A stretch of 64,000 bases of DNA from Patescibacteria group bacterium (GTDB lineage Bacteria; Patescibacteriota; Patescibacteriia; JAQUQO01). The DNA is taken from positions 256,942-320,941 of the forward strand of contig JAQUQO010000001.1 in assembly GCA_028716045.1 (NCBI GenBank), read 5' to 3'. This document shows, in pieces, positions 46,321 through 54,929 of the stretch; position 1 is the stretch's first letter; the number at the start of each line of letters is the position of its first letter. A program made the position numbers and the translations under genes. Below the pieces are notes generated by a model, which did not search any database, was not told the origin of the DNA, and saw nothing but the letters and a program-made list of their open reading frames with translations.

Positions 46321-46635
46321 TTAGCTTAATTTTACAGCTGTGCCGTAAACAAGAATTTCCACTGTGCCGGCCGTAACGCCCGAGGTGTTAAAACGGACGT
46401 TGACAATGGCGTTAGCCCCGAGTTTTTGCGCTTCCTCAATCATTCTGTCAATTGCCTGTTCCCTGCTTTGGCTCAAAAGAGCGGTATATTCAGTCACTTC
46501 TCCGCCGACGATATTTTTAGCCAAGGCCATAATATCGCGGCCGATATTACGGGCGCGAACAGTATTTCCTCTGACCAGCCCCAGGTTTTGGATAATTGTT
46601 TTTCCAGTAATTTGTTCTGTTGTTGAAATAAGCAT
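46321..46635 (-). CDS. YbjQ/DUF74-family protein
   Basis: Family-typical GANAIVNVRF and TAGTVEILVYGTAV. Confidence 0.75.
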   Translation of the reverse strand: MLISTTEQITGKTIIQNLGLVRGNTVRARNIGRDIMALAKNIVGGEVTEYTALLSQSREQAIDRMIEEAQKLGANAIVNVRFNTSGVTAGTVEILVYGTAVKLS

Positions 46636-46680
46636 ATTTTGTTGTTATTTGTTTGTATTTTAGCATAATATAAAAAATAA

Positions 46681-46706
46681 AAAAAGGCGCGTTTTGGCGC
46701 CTTTTT
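46681..46706. terminator. bidirectional terminator AAAAAGGCGCGTTTTGGCGCCTTTTT (copy 1)
   Basis: An identical 26-mer is repeated at 47426-47453. Confidence 0.6.
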
Positions 46707-46709
46707 AGT

Positions 46710-47327
46710 TTAGCAGGTTCCAGTGAATAACCCCCCGCCGGCCTTTTTTATCGGTAATGATGGTATTTTGTGATTCCACTCAACATATACCATTAACTCT
46801 GCACTAGCTTTTTCTTTTTCTTCCGTTGCTTTAGCAATAAAATAATCAAGAACATTGGTGCGATTTTCGGGTGGTAGAGCTTCGTAAAATCTTAATATCC
46901 AGTAAGCGGCTATATACTTTCGTGCCGCGTTTTCTCCGTTAAGCCATTTCAGCCATTTGAGATATTTTTTGGGAGGCTTTTTATCGGATTTAGAGAAGTA
47001 ATATTTTCTAAGATCCGACAGGGTTTTTGTAATATTTTTGACACAGACTGATTCGCGGCGAGCCATCTCTTTCAAAAGCTTAGAATCTTTAAATTCGCGC
47101 TTTTCGGTATTGTTTAATGAATTGTAGTGCCCTTTTAGTATATCAATTATTTCAAGCACGAAACAATCCGTGAGTCGCCCATCCTTAAATTTCCAGAAAG
47201 AGAAAGGCACAATACGAAGAGCGTCTTTTATTTCTTCTCCGTTGTAGGCAGCGTTCAGGATATGGAGAGTGAAATAACCGTGTTTTAAACTCCTCGTTTC
47301 TTTTATTTTTCTTTTCTTTTTTCCCAT
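46710..47327 (-). CDS. hypothetical protein, paralog A of a tandemly duplicated family (205 aa)
   Basis: About 60-70% identity to the next gene (shared DCF.LE.I, YNSLN, FKDSKLLKEMARR, PPKKYLKWL.WLN and RKYIAAYWILR blocks). Its own promoter TTGACA-17-TAAGAAT lies on the - strand at 47374-47403. Confidence 0.5.
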   Translation of the reverse strand: MGKKKRKIKETRSLKHGYFTLHILNAAYNGEEIKDALRIVPFSFWKFKDGRLTDCFVLEIIDILKGHYNSLNNTEKREFKDSKLLKEMARRESVCVKNITKTLSDLRKYYFSKSDKKPPKKYLKWLKWLNGENAARKYIAAYWILRFYEALPPENRTNVLDYFIAKATEEKEKASAELMVYVEWNHKIPSLPIKKAGGGLFTGTC

Positions 47328-47425
47328 TTCTACTCCTTTTTTTGGTTGTTAAATAACAAATAAGATATCATGTATTCTTATCATTTTCTCGTATTTTTGT
47401 CAAGAGCCCCCTTTTGGGACGGAAT

Positions 47426-47453
47426 AAAAAAAGGCGCGTTTTGGCGCCTTTTT
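47426..47453. terminator. bidirectional terminator (copy 2, identical to 46681-46706)
   Basis: AAAAAAGGCGCGTTTTGGCGCCTTTTT. Confidence 0.6.
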
Positions 47454-47463
47454 GGAGCTGATT

Positions 47464-48102
47464 TTAAGAAGGGAATAAATCCCCTCCCGCTTCTCCTGTC
47501 GGCAGGGGGTCGCGATGTCTTCTATCCCCGTAAACGTCGATTGTTGTACTATAATCTTCCTCGGCATTGACATTACGAAGTGATTTTTCCCGCTGCTCTC
47601 TTACTTTCGTAATAAAAAATTCAAGATTGTTGGGCCGGTTTTCCGGCGGGAGAGCTTCAAAATGCCTTAATATCCAGTAAGCGGCTATATACTTTCGCGA
47701 GGGATTTTTTCTGTTAAGCCAACGAAGCCATTTAAGATATTTTTTTGGCGGTCGTACGTTGGCTTCAAGCAAATAGTATTTTCGGATTTCTGATAACGTT
47801 TTTAGAATACCTTGAATGCAGATTGGTTGGCGGCGGGCCATTTCTTTCAAAAGTTTAGAATCTTTAAATTGGCACTTTTCGGCGCTATTTAACGAATTGT
47901 AGTATTTCGCTAGCTCACTGATTGCCTCTAACGTGAAACAATCCGCAAGTGGTCCGTCAAATTCCCAAAAACGCCAATCGGAAACGCGGGAGTCGCCCCC
48001 TTTTCCATTGTAAGCATCTTCTACGAGATGAAAAATAAGATAACTTCTCTTTACACCTCTTGAACCTCCCCTAACCCTTGTTTTTTTATTCTCTTTCTCC
48101 AT
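47464..48102 (-). CDS. hypothetical protein, paralog B of the duplicated family (212 aa)
   Basis: See paralog A. Its promoter TTGACA-17-TAAAAA lies on the - strand at 48151-48179, and the 5'UTR motif TTATTTAACAAC is conserved. Confidence 0.5.
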   Translation of the reverse strand: MEKENKKTRVRGGSRGVKRSYLIFHLVEDAYNGKGGDSRVSDWRFWEFDGPLADCFTLEAISELAKYYNSLNSAEKCQFKDSKLLKEMARRQPICIQGILKTLSEIRKYYLLEANVRPPKKYLKWLRWLNRKNPSRKYIAAYWILRHFEALPPENRPNNLEFFITKVREQREKSLRNVNAEEDYSTTIDVYGDRRHRDPLPTGEAGGDLFPS

Positions 48103-48267
48103 TTCTTATTCTCCAATTAGTTGTTAAATAACAAATATACTGTTCATATATTTTTATCATTTTCTCGTATTTTTGTCAAGAGCGATGTCTCCCTATTGAC
48201 TAATTTTAGTAAAAAAAGTAAAGTGAGGGCAAAATGAACCGGTTCTTTTATATTAGGAGGGTTAAAT

Positions 48268-48630
48268 ATGAGGAAAGATTTAAAAACCAAGGTAACGCTC
48301 GTGAAACACGGCTCTTATTCGTCAGAAAGCAAGTATGACATTACGCAACATAAGTATGGATGCGCTGATTGTGAAGAGGTTCCGCAAGGGTATGCGGAAC
48401 TATTGGAAATTAAGAATCCGCCGGCCGGCAGAGAAGGAGCCGTTATTCATATCTGTATAGATGGAGCCGGCAGCAGAATTTTTGCTTTTCGGACAATAGC
48501 TGAAGCCAGGGCGGCATGGGAGCTGAAATGTCACGAACTTCTTAAAAAAGATATTAATTTTAAGGGAGTCAAGGGGTTTGCGAAAAGCATTAAATACACC
48601 CGTAAAGAGCCGTGGTTTTATCAGAATTAG
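48268..48630 (+). CDS. hypothetical protein (120 aa)
   Basis: Promoter TTGACT-17-TAAAGT at 48196-48224, strong SD AGGAGGG, and a terminator at about 48640-48672. Confidence 0.45.
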   Translation: MRKDLKTKVTLVKHGSYSSESKYDITQHKYGCADCEEVPQGYAELLEIKNPPAGREGAVIHICIDGAGSRIFAFRTIAEARAAWELKCHELLKKDINFKGVKGFAKSIKYTRKEPWFYQN

Positions 48631-48689
48631 CTAAACTATAAAATAGGGATGGATTTATCCCTATTTTTTATTAGCATTAAGTACGAAAT

Positions 48690-48716
48690 AAAAAAGACGT
48701 CAGCTGACGTCTTTTG
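48690..48716. terminator. bidirectional terminator with a perfect palindrome AGACGTCAGCTGACGTCT
   Basis: Flanked by an A-run and a T-run. Confidence 0.55.
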
Positions 48717-48722
48717 GCGGAG

Positions 48723-49007
48723 TTATTGAGTTTTGAGTTTTTTCTCTATGGACTCCTTTTTCTCTTCGGCCGCTTTTATAAATTTTTCGATTCCTCCGCA
48801 AACTGGTTTTTTGGTTTCATAATAGTGAAGCAGGGCGTTTATGCATACCAATCTTTTCTTACTCTCACCATTTCTCCAGAAATAATATTCTACGGGGATA
48901 TCACAGACGATTTCTTTTTCAAGCTCTTTGTCTAAGGGCATTTTGTGGTCCACGAAAAATGCCCGCAAGACGCAGAAGAATTTAACCTTAATATCTATTT
49001 TGTTCAT
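48723..49007 (-). CDS. hypothetical Cys-containing small protein (94 aa from the Met after the SD)
   Basis: SD GGAGGG precedes the ATG at 49007. The 5'UTR shares TAACAAtTAgTTGGAG with paralog B. Confidence 0.4.
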   Translation of the reverse strand: MNKIDIKVKFFCVLRAFFVDHKMPLDKELEKEIVCDIPVEYYFWRNGESKKRLVCINALLHYYETKKPVCGGIEKFIKAAEEKKESIEKKLKTQ

Positions 49008-49071
49008 TTTACCCTCCAACTAATTGTTAAAGTTCTTTTTAAAAGAGACGCTTTTCGGCGCCTCCTATTAT

Positions 49072-50331
49072 TTAAAAATTTATCAAATAATCCATGGGAT
49101 TAACCGGTATCCCATCCAATCTTACCTCAAAATGTAAATGCGGTCCAGTGGTCAGCCGCCCGGCACCTAAGGTTCCCGGAGCGCCGCCCGTGTAAGCAAC
49201 GATTTGGCCGCGCGTCACATATTCGTCCTCGGTGACGGCAAAAGCCGAAACGTGCCCGTAAACCGTGGAAATTCCGCCGGAATGGATAATCATCAGATAA
49301 TTATAACCAAAACCGTTTTCCCTGACTCTGGCGATATATCCGGGCGCCGGTGCGCGTATTGCTGTGCCCTGTGAGGCCCTTAAATCAACCGCCGGATGCT
49401 CAAAAATATAGCGGAAGGGGTAGTCGGGGTCGTGGAAGGTGGCGGTGATGCCGTTAAAAGGTATCGGCCAGGAAAGTATCGCCTGCTCCCCTTCTTTGAA
49501 ATTTATGTCGCTGGCTTCTAATTTTTGTCTAATGGTTTTTTCAAGTGAAGCGATGTCGGAACTTACGGCCTGTTGTTCGCGGCGTAATTGGGATAATAAT
49601 TCTTGAAATTTCGCTTCGGACTTTTTAGTGTTTTCCAAAACTAATTCTTTACTTAAGATTTCTCCCTGCAGACGGCTCTGCTCCTCGCTTAAAGCGAGTT
49701 TTAATTTTTCCAGGTCCTTTTGTTGTGATTCCAGACGGATTTTTTTCTCATCCAACTCCTTTTTTAGCGTTACGACCTTACCTAAAACATCGCGCAGGTT
49801 TGTCTGCATATTTTCCAGATATTTTAGCTGGTCAAAAAAATCAGAAAAAGAATCATTCAGCAAGAAAACTCGCAGATAACCGATATCGTCATTTTTTCTG
49901 ATAAGTTGAAGGTAGTCAGTTAGAGTTTTTTTGCGATTGGCGATATCTTTTTCTTTATCCCCTATCTCTAAATTGGTGCCAGCTATTTCCAGCTTAACCT
50001 GGTCCATCTCCGCTTCCGTTGTTTCTATGTCAATTTTCGTTTTGGCGATTTGATTTTCCACTAAATTTATCTGATTGGCTAAGTTTATCGCCTCTGACCT
50101 CTTTTGAGAGATGAGTTTTTCGTATTGTTTGGATTGGTCTTTCAATTTGTCTATTTCGTCCTTTTTGGATTGTATTTGGTCGTTGATATTTAAAACTTCA
50201 TCCCTGATGTCGTCTTTTGCTGTTTCCGCCAAGATATTTTTTATAAAACCCGGCGAGAGAAAAAAAATACTAACTATAAAAAAAATAGTTAGCAGGCGGA
50301 AAGTATTTGTTTTTTGTGTTTTTGTCTTCAT
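49072..50331 (-). CDS. M23-family peptidase with an N-terminal TM and a long coiled coil (EnvC-like)
   Basis: C-terminal HSGG...YGH...GxxGxxTGPHLHFE matches the LytM/M23 signature. Confidence 0.8.
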   Translation of the reverse strand: MKTKTQKTNTFRLLTIFFIVSIFFLSPGFIKNILAETAKDDIRDEVLNINDQIQSKKDEIDKLKDQSKQYEKLISQKRSEAINLANQINLVENQIAKTKIDIETTEAEMDQVKLEIAGTNLEIGDKEKDIANRKKTLTDYLQLIRKNDDIGYLRVFLLNDSFSDFFDQLKYLENMQTNLRDVLGKVVTLKKELDEKKIRLESQQKDLEKLKLALSEEQSRLQGEILSKELVLENTKKSEAKFQELLSQLRREQQAVSSDIASLEKTIRQKLEASDINFKEGEQAILSWPIPFNGITATFHDPDYPFRYIFEHPAVDLRASQGTAIRAPAPGYIARVRENGFGYNYLMIIHSGGISTVYGHVSAFAVTEDEYVTRGQIVAYTGGAPGTLGAGRLTTGPHLHFEVRLDGIPVNPMDYLINF

Positions 50332-50471
50332 TAATTTATTTTAACACGGTTTAGCTGAAATAACCAAATTTTTGCCAATATTTATAAGTTATGGGACTAT
50401 CCTTTTTTAAATTTTGAGCGATATTTGCGGGAGTTAAATCTTTAAATCTACCAAAGTAGTATTTCCATATT

Positions 50472-51962
50472 TTATTTTAAAGTATTTATTGCGTCATTTA
50501 TTCTTTTTAACGTTTTTTCTTTTCCTAAAATAGCGGCAATGTCAAAGGGCCCGGGCGAGGCCTTACGGCCGCAAAGGGCGACGCGCAGTGGCCAAAGCAC
50601 CGCCCCCCTATCCTCCCCGCAAATTCCCAGCAGTATTTTTTCCAACTTTTTCGGCTCAAAATCTTTTTCTTTTAGTTCAGAAAGGATTTTATAAACATTT
50701 TTCAGATTAGCGCTGGTAGCTTCTTTATCGCTTTTCTTCCAGATTAGTATTTCCGGTTCGTATTTAATGGAATCAAAAAAGAAATAATTGGTAGCTTCGT
50801 CAATGTCTTTTAATTTTTTAATTCTCCCTTGCTCCAGCGCCACGATTTTTTCCAGATATTCAGAGTCAATCAGTTCTTTGGTGTCAGTTATTTCAAATTT
50901 TGAACCAGCTCTTTGAATCAGGCGGCCCTCCGCAAGAAAAGGGACGCAGAGTTTAGTGAGTTCTTTGATTGATTTTTGTTTAATATAATAACTATTAAAC
51001 CAATCCAATTTTTCAACATTAAAAATCGCGCCGGTTTTATGCGTTTTTTCTATGGAAAATTCTTTTATCAAATCTTTGAGCGAAAAAATTTCCCGTTCAT
51101 CCCCCGGATTCCAGCCCAAGAAAGCCATAAAATTCACCAAGGCCTCTGGCAGATAACCATTTTCCCGATATTCTAAAATTGAAGTGGCACCGTGCCTTTT
51201 AGACATTTTAGATTTATCGGACCCTAGAATCAGGGGCAGATGGCCGTAAACAGGCGGCGTGAGTCCGAGCGCTTCAAAAATCAAAAGCTGTTTGGGTGTG
51301 TTGGAAATATGGTCTTCCCCGCGGATGACGTGGCTGATTTCCATAGTATAATCATCAATCACCACGGCAAAATTATAGAGCGGGGTGTTGAGGTCTTTGG
51401 CAATTGTTATATCCCCAATTAAGTCAGTATCAAATTCTATTTCGCCGCGGATAAGGTCGTTAAATTTTATTTTTTTTGATTCAACTTTAAAACGGATAAT
51501 CGGTTTGCGCCCTTCGCTTTCAAATTTTCTCTTTTGTTCTTCTGTCAGATGGCGGCATCGTCCGGAATATCTCGGAGCAATCCCCTGTTTCTCCATCTCG
51601 GCGCGTTCTTTATCCAATTCTTCCTCGGTACAATAGCAATAATAAGCCGTGCCATTATCCAAAAGTTTTTTTAGATAGTCAGAGTAAATTTCTGTTCGTT
51701 GACTTTGAAAATATGGTCCGTATTTACCGCTTTTTTCCGGCCCCTCGTCCCATTCTATTTCCAGCCACCTTAATCCTTCTATTATATTTTTAGTATATTG
51801 TTCGCCAGACCTTTCCAAGTCGGTATCTTCAATACGCACGATAAAATCACCCTTATTTTTTTTAGCGAATAAATAATTAAACAAAGCGGAGCGGGCTGTT
51901 CCAATATGCAGATTGCCGGTCGGCGACGGGGCGATTCTCACTCGTATTTTAGGCTTTGACAT
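50472..51962 (-). CDS. gltX: glutamyl-tRNA synthetase
   Basis: HIGH (PSPTGNLHIGTAR) and KMSKR motifs. Confidence 0.9.
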   Translation of the reverse strand: MSKPKIRVRIAPSPTGNLHIGTARSALFNYLFAKKNKGDFIVRIEDTDLERSGEQYTKNIIEGLRWLEIEWDEGPEKSGKYGPYFQSQRTEIYSDYLKKLLDNGTAYYCYCTEEELDKERAEMEKQGIAPRYSGRCRHLTEEQKRKFESEGRKPIIRFKVESKKIKFNDLIRGEIEFDTDLIGDITIAKDLNTPLYNFAVVIDDYTMEISHVIRGEDHISNTPKQLLIFEALGLTPPVYGHLPLILGSDKSKMSKRHGATSILEYRENGYLPEALVNFMAFLGWNPGDEREIFSLKDLIKEFSIEKTHKTGAIFNVEKLDWFNSYYIKQKSIKELTKLCVPFLAEGRLIQRAGSKFEITDTKELIDSEYLEKIVALEQGRIKKLKDIDEATNYFFFDSIKYEPEILIWKKSDKEATSANLKNVYKILSELKEKDFEPKKLEKILLGICGEDRGAVLWPLRVALCGRKASPGPFDIAAILGKEKTLKRINDAINTLK

Positions 51963-52024
51963 TAAAGTGGAGTTAAGTTATAATTACCTAAATTATATAA
52001 AAATTAGCGATTTTAGTCAAAAGT

Positions 52025-52333
52025 ATGGATAAAAATGGATGGGAATCATCGTTAGACCCTAAAAAAGAAGAGGAAAAGAAGGCGTATATTGATACTATTC
52101 GGCAGAGGTCCAAAGAATTATTATCTCAAATTCCCGATGAACAGTTAGAATTTATTTTAAATATATTACAGGGCGGCAAAACTATTAAAGAGATTGAAAA
52201 AGACAAAGATATTGAGGCGGAATTCATGACGCGGTTTAATTTAAGGGATGATAAAAATTTTAGGCAAATTGCCAATATCATTTCTACTTTAAAATTTGCC
52301 AATCGCGAAGACGAGAGATTAAATAAAATATAA
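52025..52333 (+). CDS. hypothetical protein (102 aa)
   Basis: A bidirectional terminator follows at 52346-52380. Confidence 0.4.
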   Translation: MDKNGWESSLDPKKEEEKKAYIDTIRQRSKELLSQIPDEQLEFILNILQGGKTIKEIEKDKDIEAEFMTRFNLRDDKNFRQIANIISTLKFANREDERLNKI

Positions 52334-52381
52334 ATAAAACAAAAATCCCGAACCCATTTTGGCGGAGCGGGATTTTTTATT

Positions 52382-53131
52382 TTATCTTTTTGTCAAAACC
52401 AGCCAGCTAAATTTTATCACCGCGTTATAAATCCTCTTCCAGCGCCAAGGTTCTAAAATTAAACGCCACAGCCATTCCAATCCGATTATTCTTAAAAATT
52501 TCGGTGCGCGCTTTATTTGCCCGGAAATAAAGTCAAAACTACCCCCTACTCCCATAGCAAACTTGACGCTTGGCAGTTTAGCCAAATTTTTATCAATCCA
52601 TTTTTCCTGTTTAACTTGTCCCAGGGCTACCAACAGGACATCCGGCCCAAAGTTGTTTATTTTTTCTAGTTCCAAATTCTTAATTTCCAATTCCTGATTT
52701 TCAACAATTATCTCACTATCCCCTATTATTTTTAGATTCGGGCATTTATTTTTTAAAATTTCCGCTGTTTTTTCTGCCGCCCTATCTTTCCCGCCCAAAA
52801 GATAGATTGAACAATTATTTTGTTCACATAGCGTTGCAATATCCCAAATCAAATCTACCCCGGGGATTCTTTCGGGCAGAGGTCGTTTTAGAAATTTAAA
52901 GGCGAGAATTAAACCAAAACCATCAGGAATAGAGAGGGCGCATTTATTTAGAAGATTTTTAAATTTCTCATCTTTTTGCGCCGCTACAATAAATTCCGGA
53001 TTTACCGTGACAATTTGGTGCTGTTCCGGCAAATGTAAAAAAATTTCCAGTTTTTCCAGAACTTGTTTTTTATCTAAGTTATCTATGGTAACTCCCAAAA
53101 TATCTATTTTCATATTTCTATAAAGTATCAT
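52382..53131 (-). CDS. WecB/TagA/CpsF-family glycosyltransferase
   Basis: Conserved IPDGFGL, YLLGG and GxGxSFD regions. Confidence 0.8.
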   Translation of the reverse strand: MILYRNMKIDILGVTIDNLDKKQVLEKLEIFLHLPEQHQIVTVNPEFIVAAQKDEKFKNLLNKCALSIPDGFGLILAFKFLKRPLPERIPGVDLIWDIATLCEQNNCSIYLLGGKDRAAEKTAEILKNKCPNLKIIGDSEIIVENQELEIKNLELEKINNFGPDVLLVALGQVKQEKWIDKNLAKLPSVKFAMGVGGSFDFISGQIKRAPKFLRIIGLEWLWRLILEPWRWKRIYNAVIKFSWLVLTKR

Positions 53132-53200
53132 TTTTAATCCAAAAAATCAAATAAAAAATCCCGTTTGGATTTTGTCCAAAAACGGGATTAAGTTTTAAAA

Positions 53201-54181
53201 TTACTGTTCGAATGTCATGTTGTTGATGTGGCTTACCGATTCGCCGGTGTTTACAGCCCTGATCGTTTCGGCCAGGATTTGGTCAACACTGATTTTTTTA
53301 AATTTTTTTAGCATTTTTTCTTCGGGAAGAACGAGAGTGTCGGTAAAAACTATTTCTTTGATGGCGGAGTTTTCAATGCGTTCCACCGCTTTACCGGAAA
53401 GCAGGGCGTGAGTAGCGCAGGCGTAAATTTCCTTGGCCCCTCTTGCTTTTATCGCTGCCGCGCCTTGAGTTATCGTGCCAGCCGTGTCAATCATATCGTC
53501 AGCAATAATGCAGATTTTGCCGTCAACTTCGCCAATAATATTCATCACTTCGGACTCATTTTCCTCGATGCGCCTTTTATCAATAATAATCAGTCGGCAC
53601 TTGAAATAGGTGGCAAAATCATCTCGAGCGCGTCGCGTTGCCCCTGTGTCGGGAGCCACAATAACAAGATCTTCTTGCAGGTTGTGTCCTTTTGCCAGAA
53701 GTTTTTTTTCAAAGTAATTAATCAGTATGTTTTTAGCGTAGACGTGATTGACCGGGATAGGGAAGTAGCCCTCAATGGCGCTGTTATGCAGGTCAATCGT
53801 AATAACTTGTTCCACCTTGAGGCTGGCGCTTTTGATAAGCATGGCCACCAAACTTGCTGAAATCGGCGTGCGAGGTTCTATTTTACGATCTTGCCTGGCA
53901 TAGCCGAAGTAAGGAATTACCGGGATAATCCTTCCGGCCCCGGCGCGGGAAACAGTATCAATCATAAAAAGTAGTTCCAGGATATTTTCTGCCGGCGGGT
54001 TGGTGCTTTGGATAATAAAAACATCATTATCGCGAACATTGTTTCGAACATTTTTAATCTTTATTTCCCCGTCAGAAAATCTGCCAACTTCCATTTCACC
54101 CAATTTTTCGCCTAATCTCGCCGCTACCCTTTCGGCCAGTGGACGATTGGAATTGCCGGTAAAAATTATTCTCTTTCTCAT
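53201..54181 (-). CDS. prs: ribose-phosphate pyrophosphokinase
   Basis: Full-length PRPP synthetase with the PRPP-binding loop DDMIDTAGT. The start was moved to the Met after SD AAGGAGG. Confidence 0.9.
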   Translation of the reverse strand: MRKRIIFTGNSNRPLAERVAARLGEKLGEMEVGRFSDGEIKIKNVRNNVRDNDVFIIQSTNPPAENILELLFMIDTVSRAGAGRIIPVIPYFGYARQDRKIEPRTPISASLVAMLIKSASLKVEQVITIDLHNSAIEGYFPIPVNHVYAKNILINYFEKKLLAKGHNLQEDLVIVAPDTGATRRARDDFATYFKCRLIIIDKRRIEENESEVMNIIGEVDGKICIIADDMIDTAGTITQGAAAIKARGAKEIYACATHALLSGKAVERIENSAIKEIVFTDTLVLPEEKMLKKFKKISVDQILAETIRAVNTGESVSHINNMTFEQ

Positions 54182-54334
54182 TTTTATACCTCCTTTTAAG
54201 GTTATCAAGGTTCAGATTTAGTTCATTTAAACATTTTCTAAATAAATTGTCAACTATTGAGGGTGAATTTTATCCCGCCTTATTGACAATATAACAAAAT
54301 ATGCTATTATTAAATAATAAATAACCCAATTATT

Positions 54335-54775
54335 ATGGATTCAAAATTTTTTGGAGGGGTGTCAAAATTTGAGAAAGGAATAAAAGAGAAAGAAGCGAAA
54401 GAAGCCGAAAGACAGAAAAGAATAGAAGAATTTCAGGAAGAAGCCAAAAAAAGTATATTACAGTGGTTAACTTCAAATGTACCTGATTGGCCAAAAAAAT
54501 TTCAAGAAAGTTTAGATTTTAGGATTGACCACAATCCTTTGTTTAAAGAACTATTATCCGAATTTAATGAGTGGTATAATGATAAGTGGGCAGATGACCC
54601 TATGGGTTTCAAAAAAACCTTTTTGGAAGCGACATTTTTAGAAAATATCATCAAGGGATTTAAGAAAGAAGTGGAAAAAAAACGGGAAGCTGAAGAGGAG
54701 CAAGAAATAAAAAAAAGAAAGAACAATATCGGGGGAAATGTGATTATGAAGATTGGAAAAATAAGGATTGAATAA
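54335..54775 (+). CDS. K/E-rich hypothetical protein (146 aa)
   Basis: Its own promoter TTGACA-16-TATTAT at 54281-54309 and a terminator at 54788-54816. Confidence 0.4.
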   Translation: MDSKFFGGVSKFEKGIKEKEAKEAERQKRIEEFQEEAKKSILQWLTSNVPDWPKKFQESLDFRIDHNPLFKELLSEFNEWYNDKWADDPMGFKKTFLEATFLENIIKGFKKEVEKKREAEEEQEIKKRKNNIGGNVIMKIGKIRIE

Positions 54776-54847
54776 TAGTTACATCTCAAAAAGAAGGGCA
54801 CTATTCCCTTCTTTTTGATTTCCGGTTTTATTTAATTTTTATAACGT

Positions 54848-54876
54848 TTGACAGATTTTTAGAAGTTAATTATACT
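54848..54876 (+). promoter_or_regulatory. clpB promoter TTGACA-17-TATACT
   Basis: -35 at 54848-54853 and -10 at 54871-54876. Confidence 0.55.
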
Positions 54877-54880
54877 GGAA

Positions 54881-54907
54881 TTAGCACTCAAAGTAAGAGA
54901 GTGCTAA
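54881..54907 (+). promoter_or_regulatory. CIRCE element (HrcA operator) TTAGCACTC-N9-GAGTGCTAA
   Basis: Perfect 9-bp inverted repeat with a 9-nt spacer. It overlaps the predicted TSS of clpB. Confidence 0.85.
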
Positions 54908-54929
54908 TATAATTCTTTAATTACTTGAT

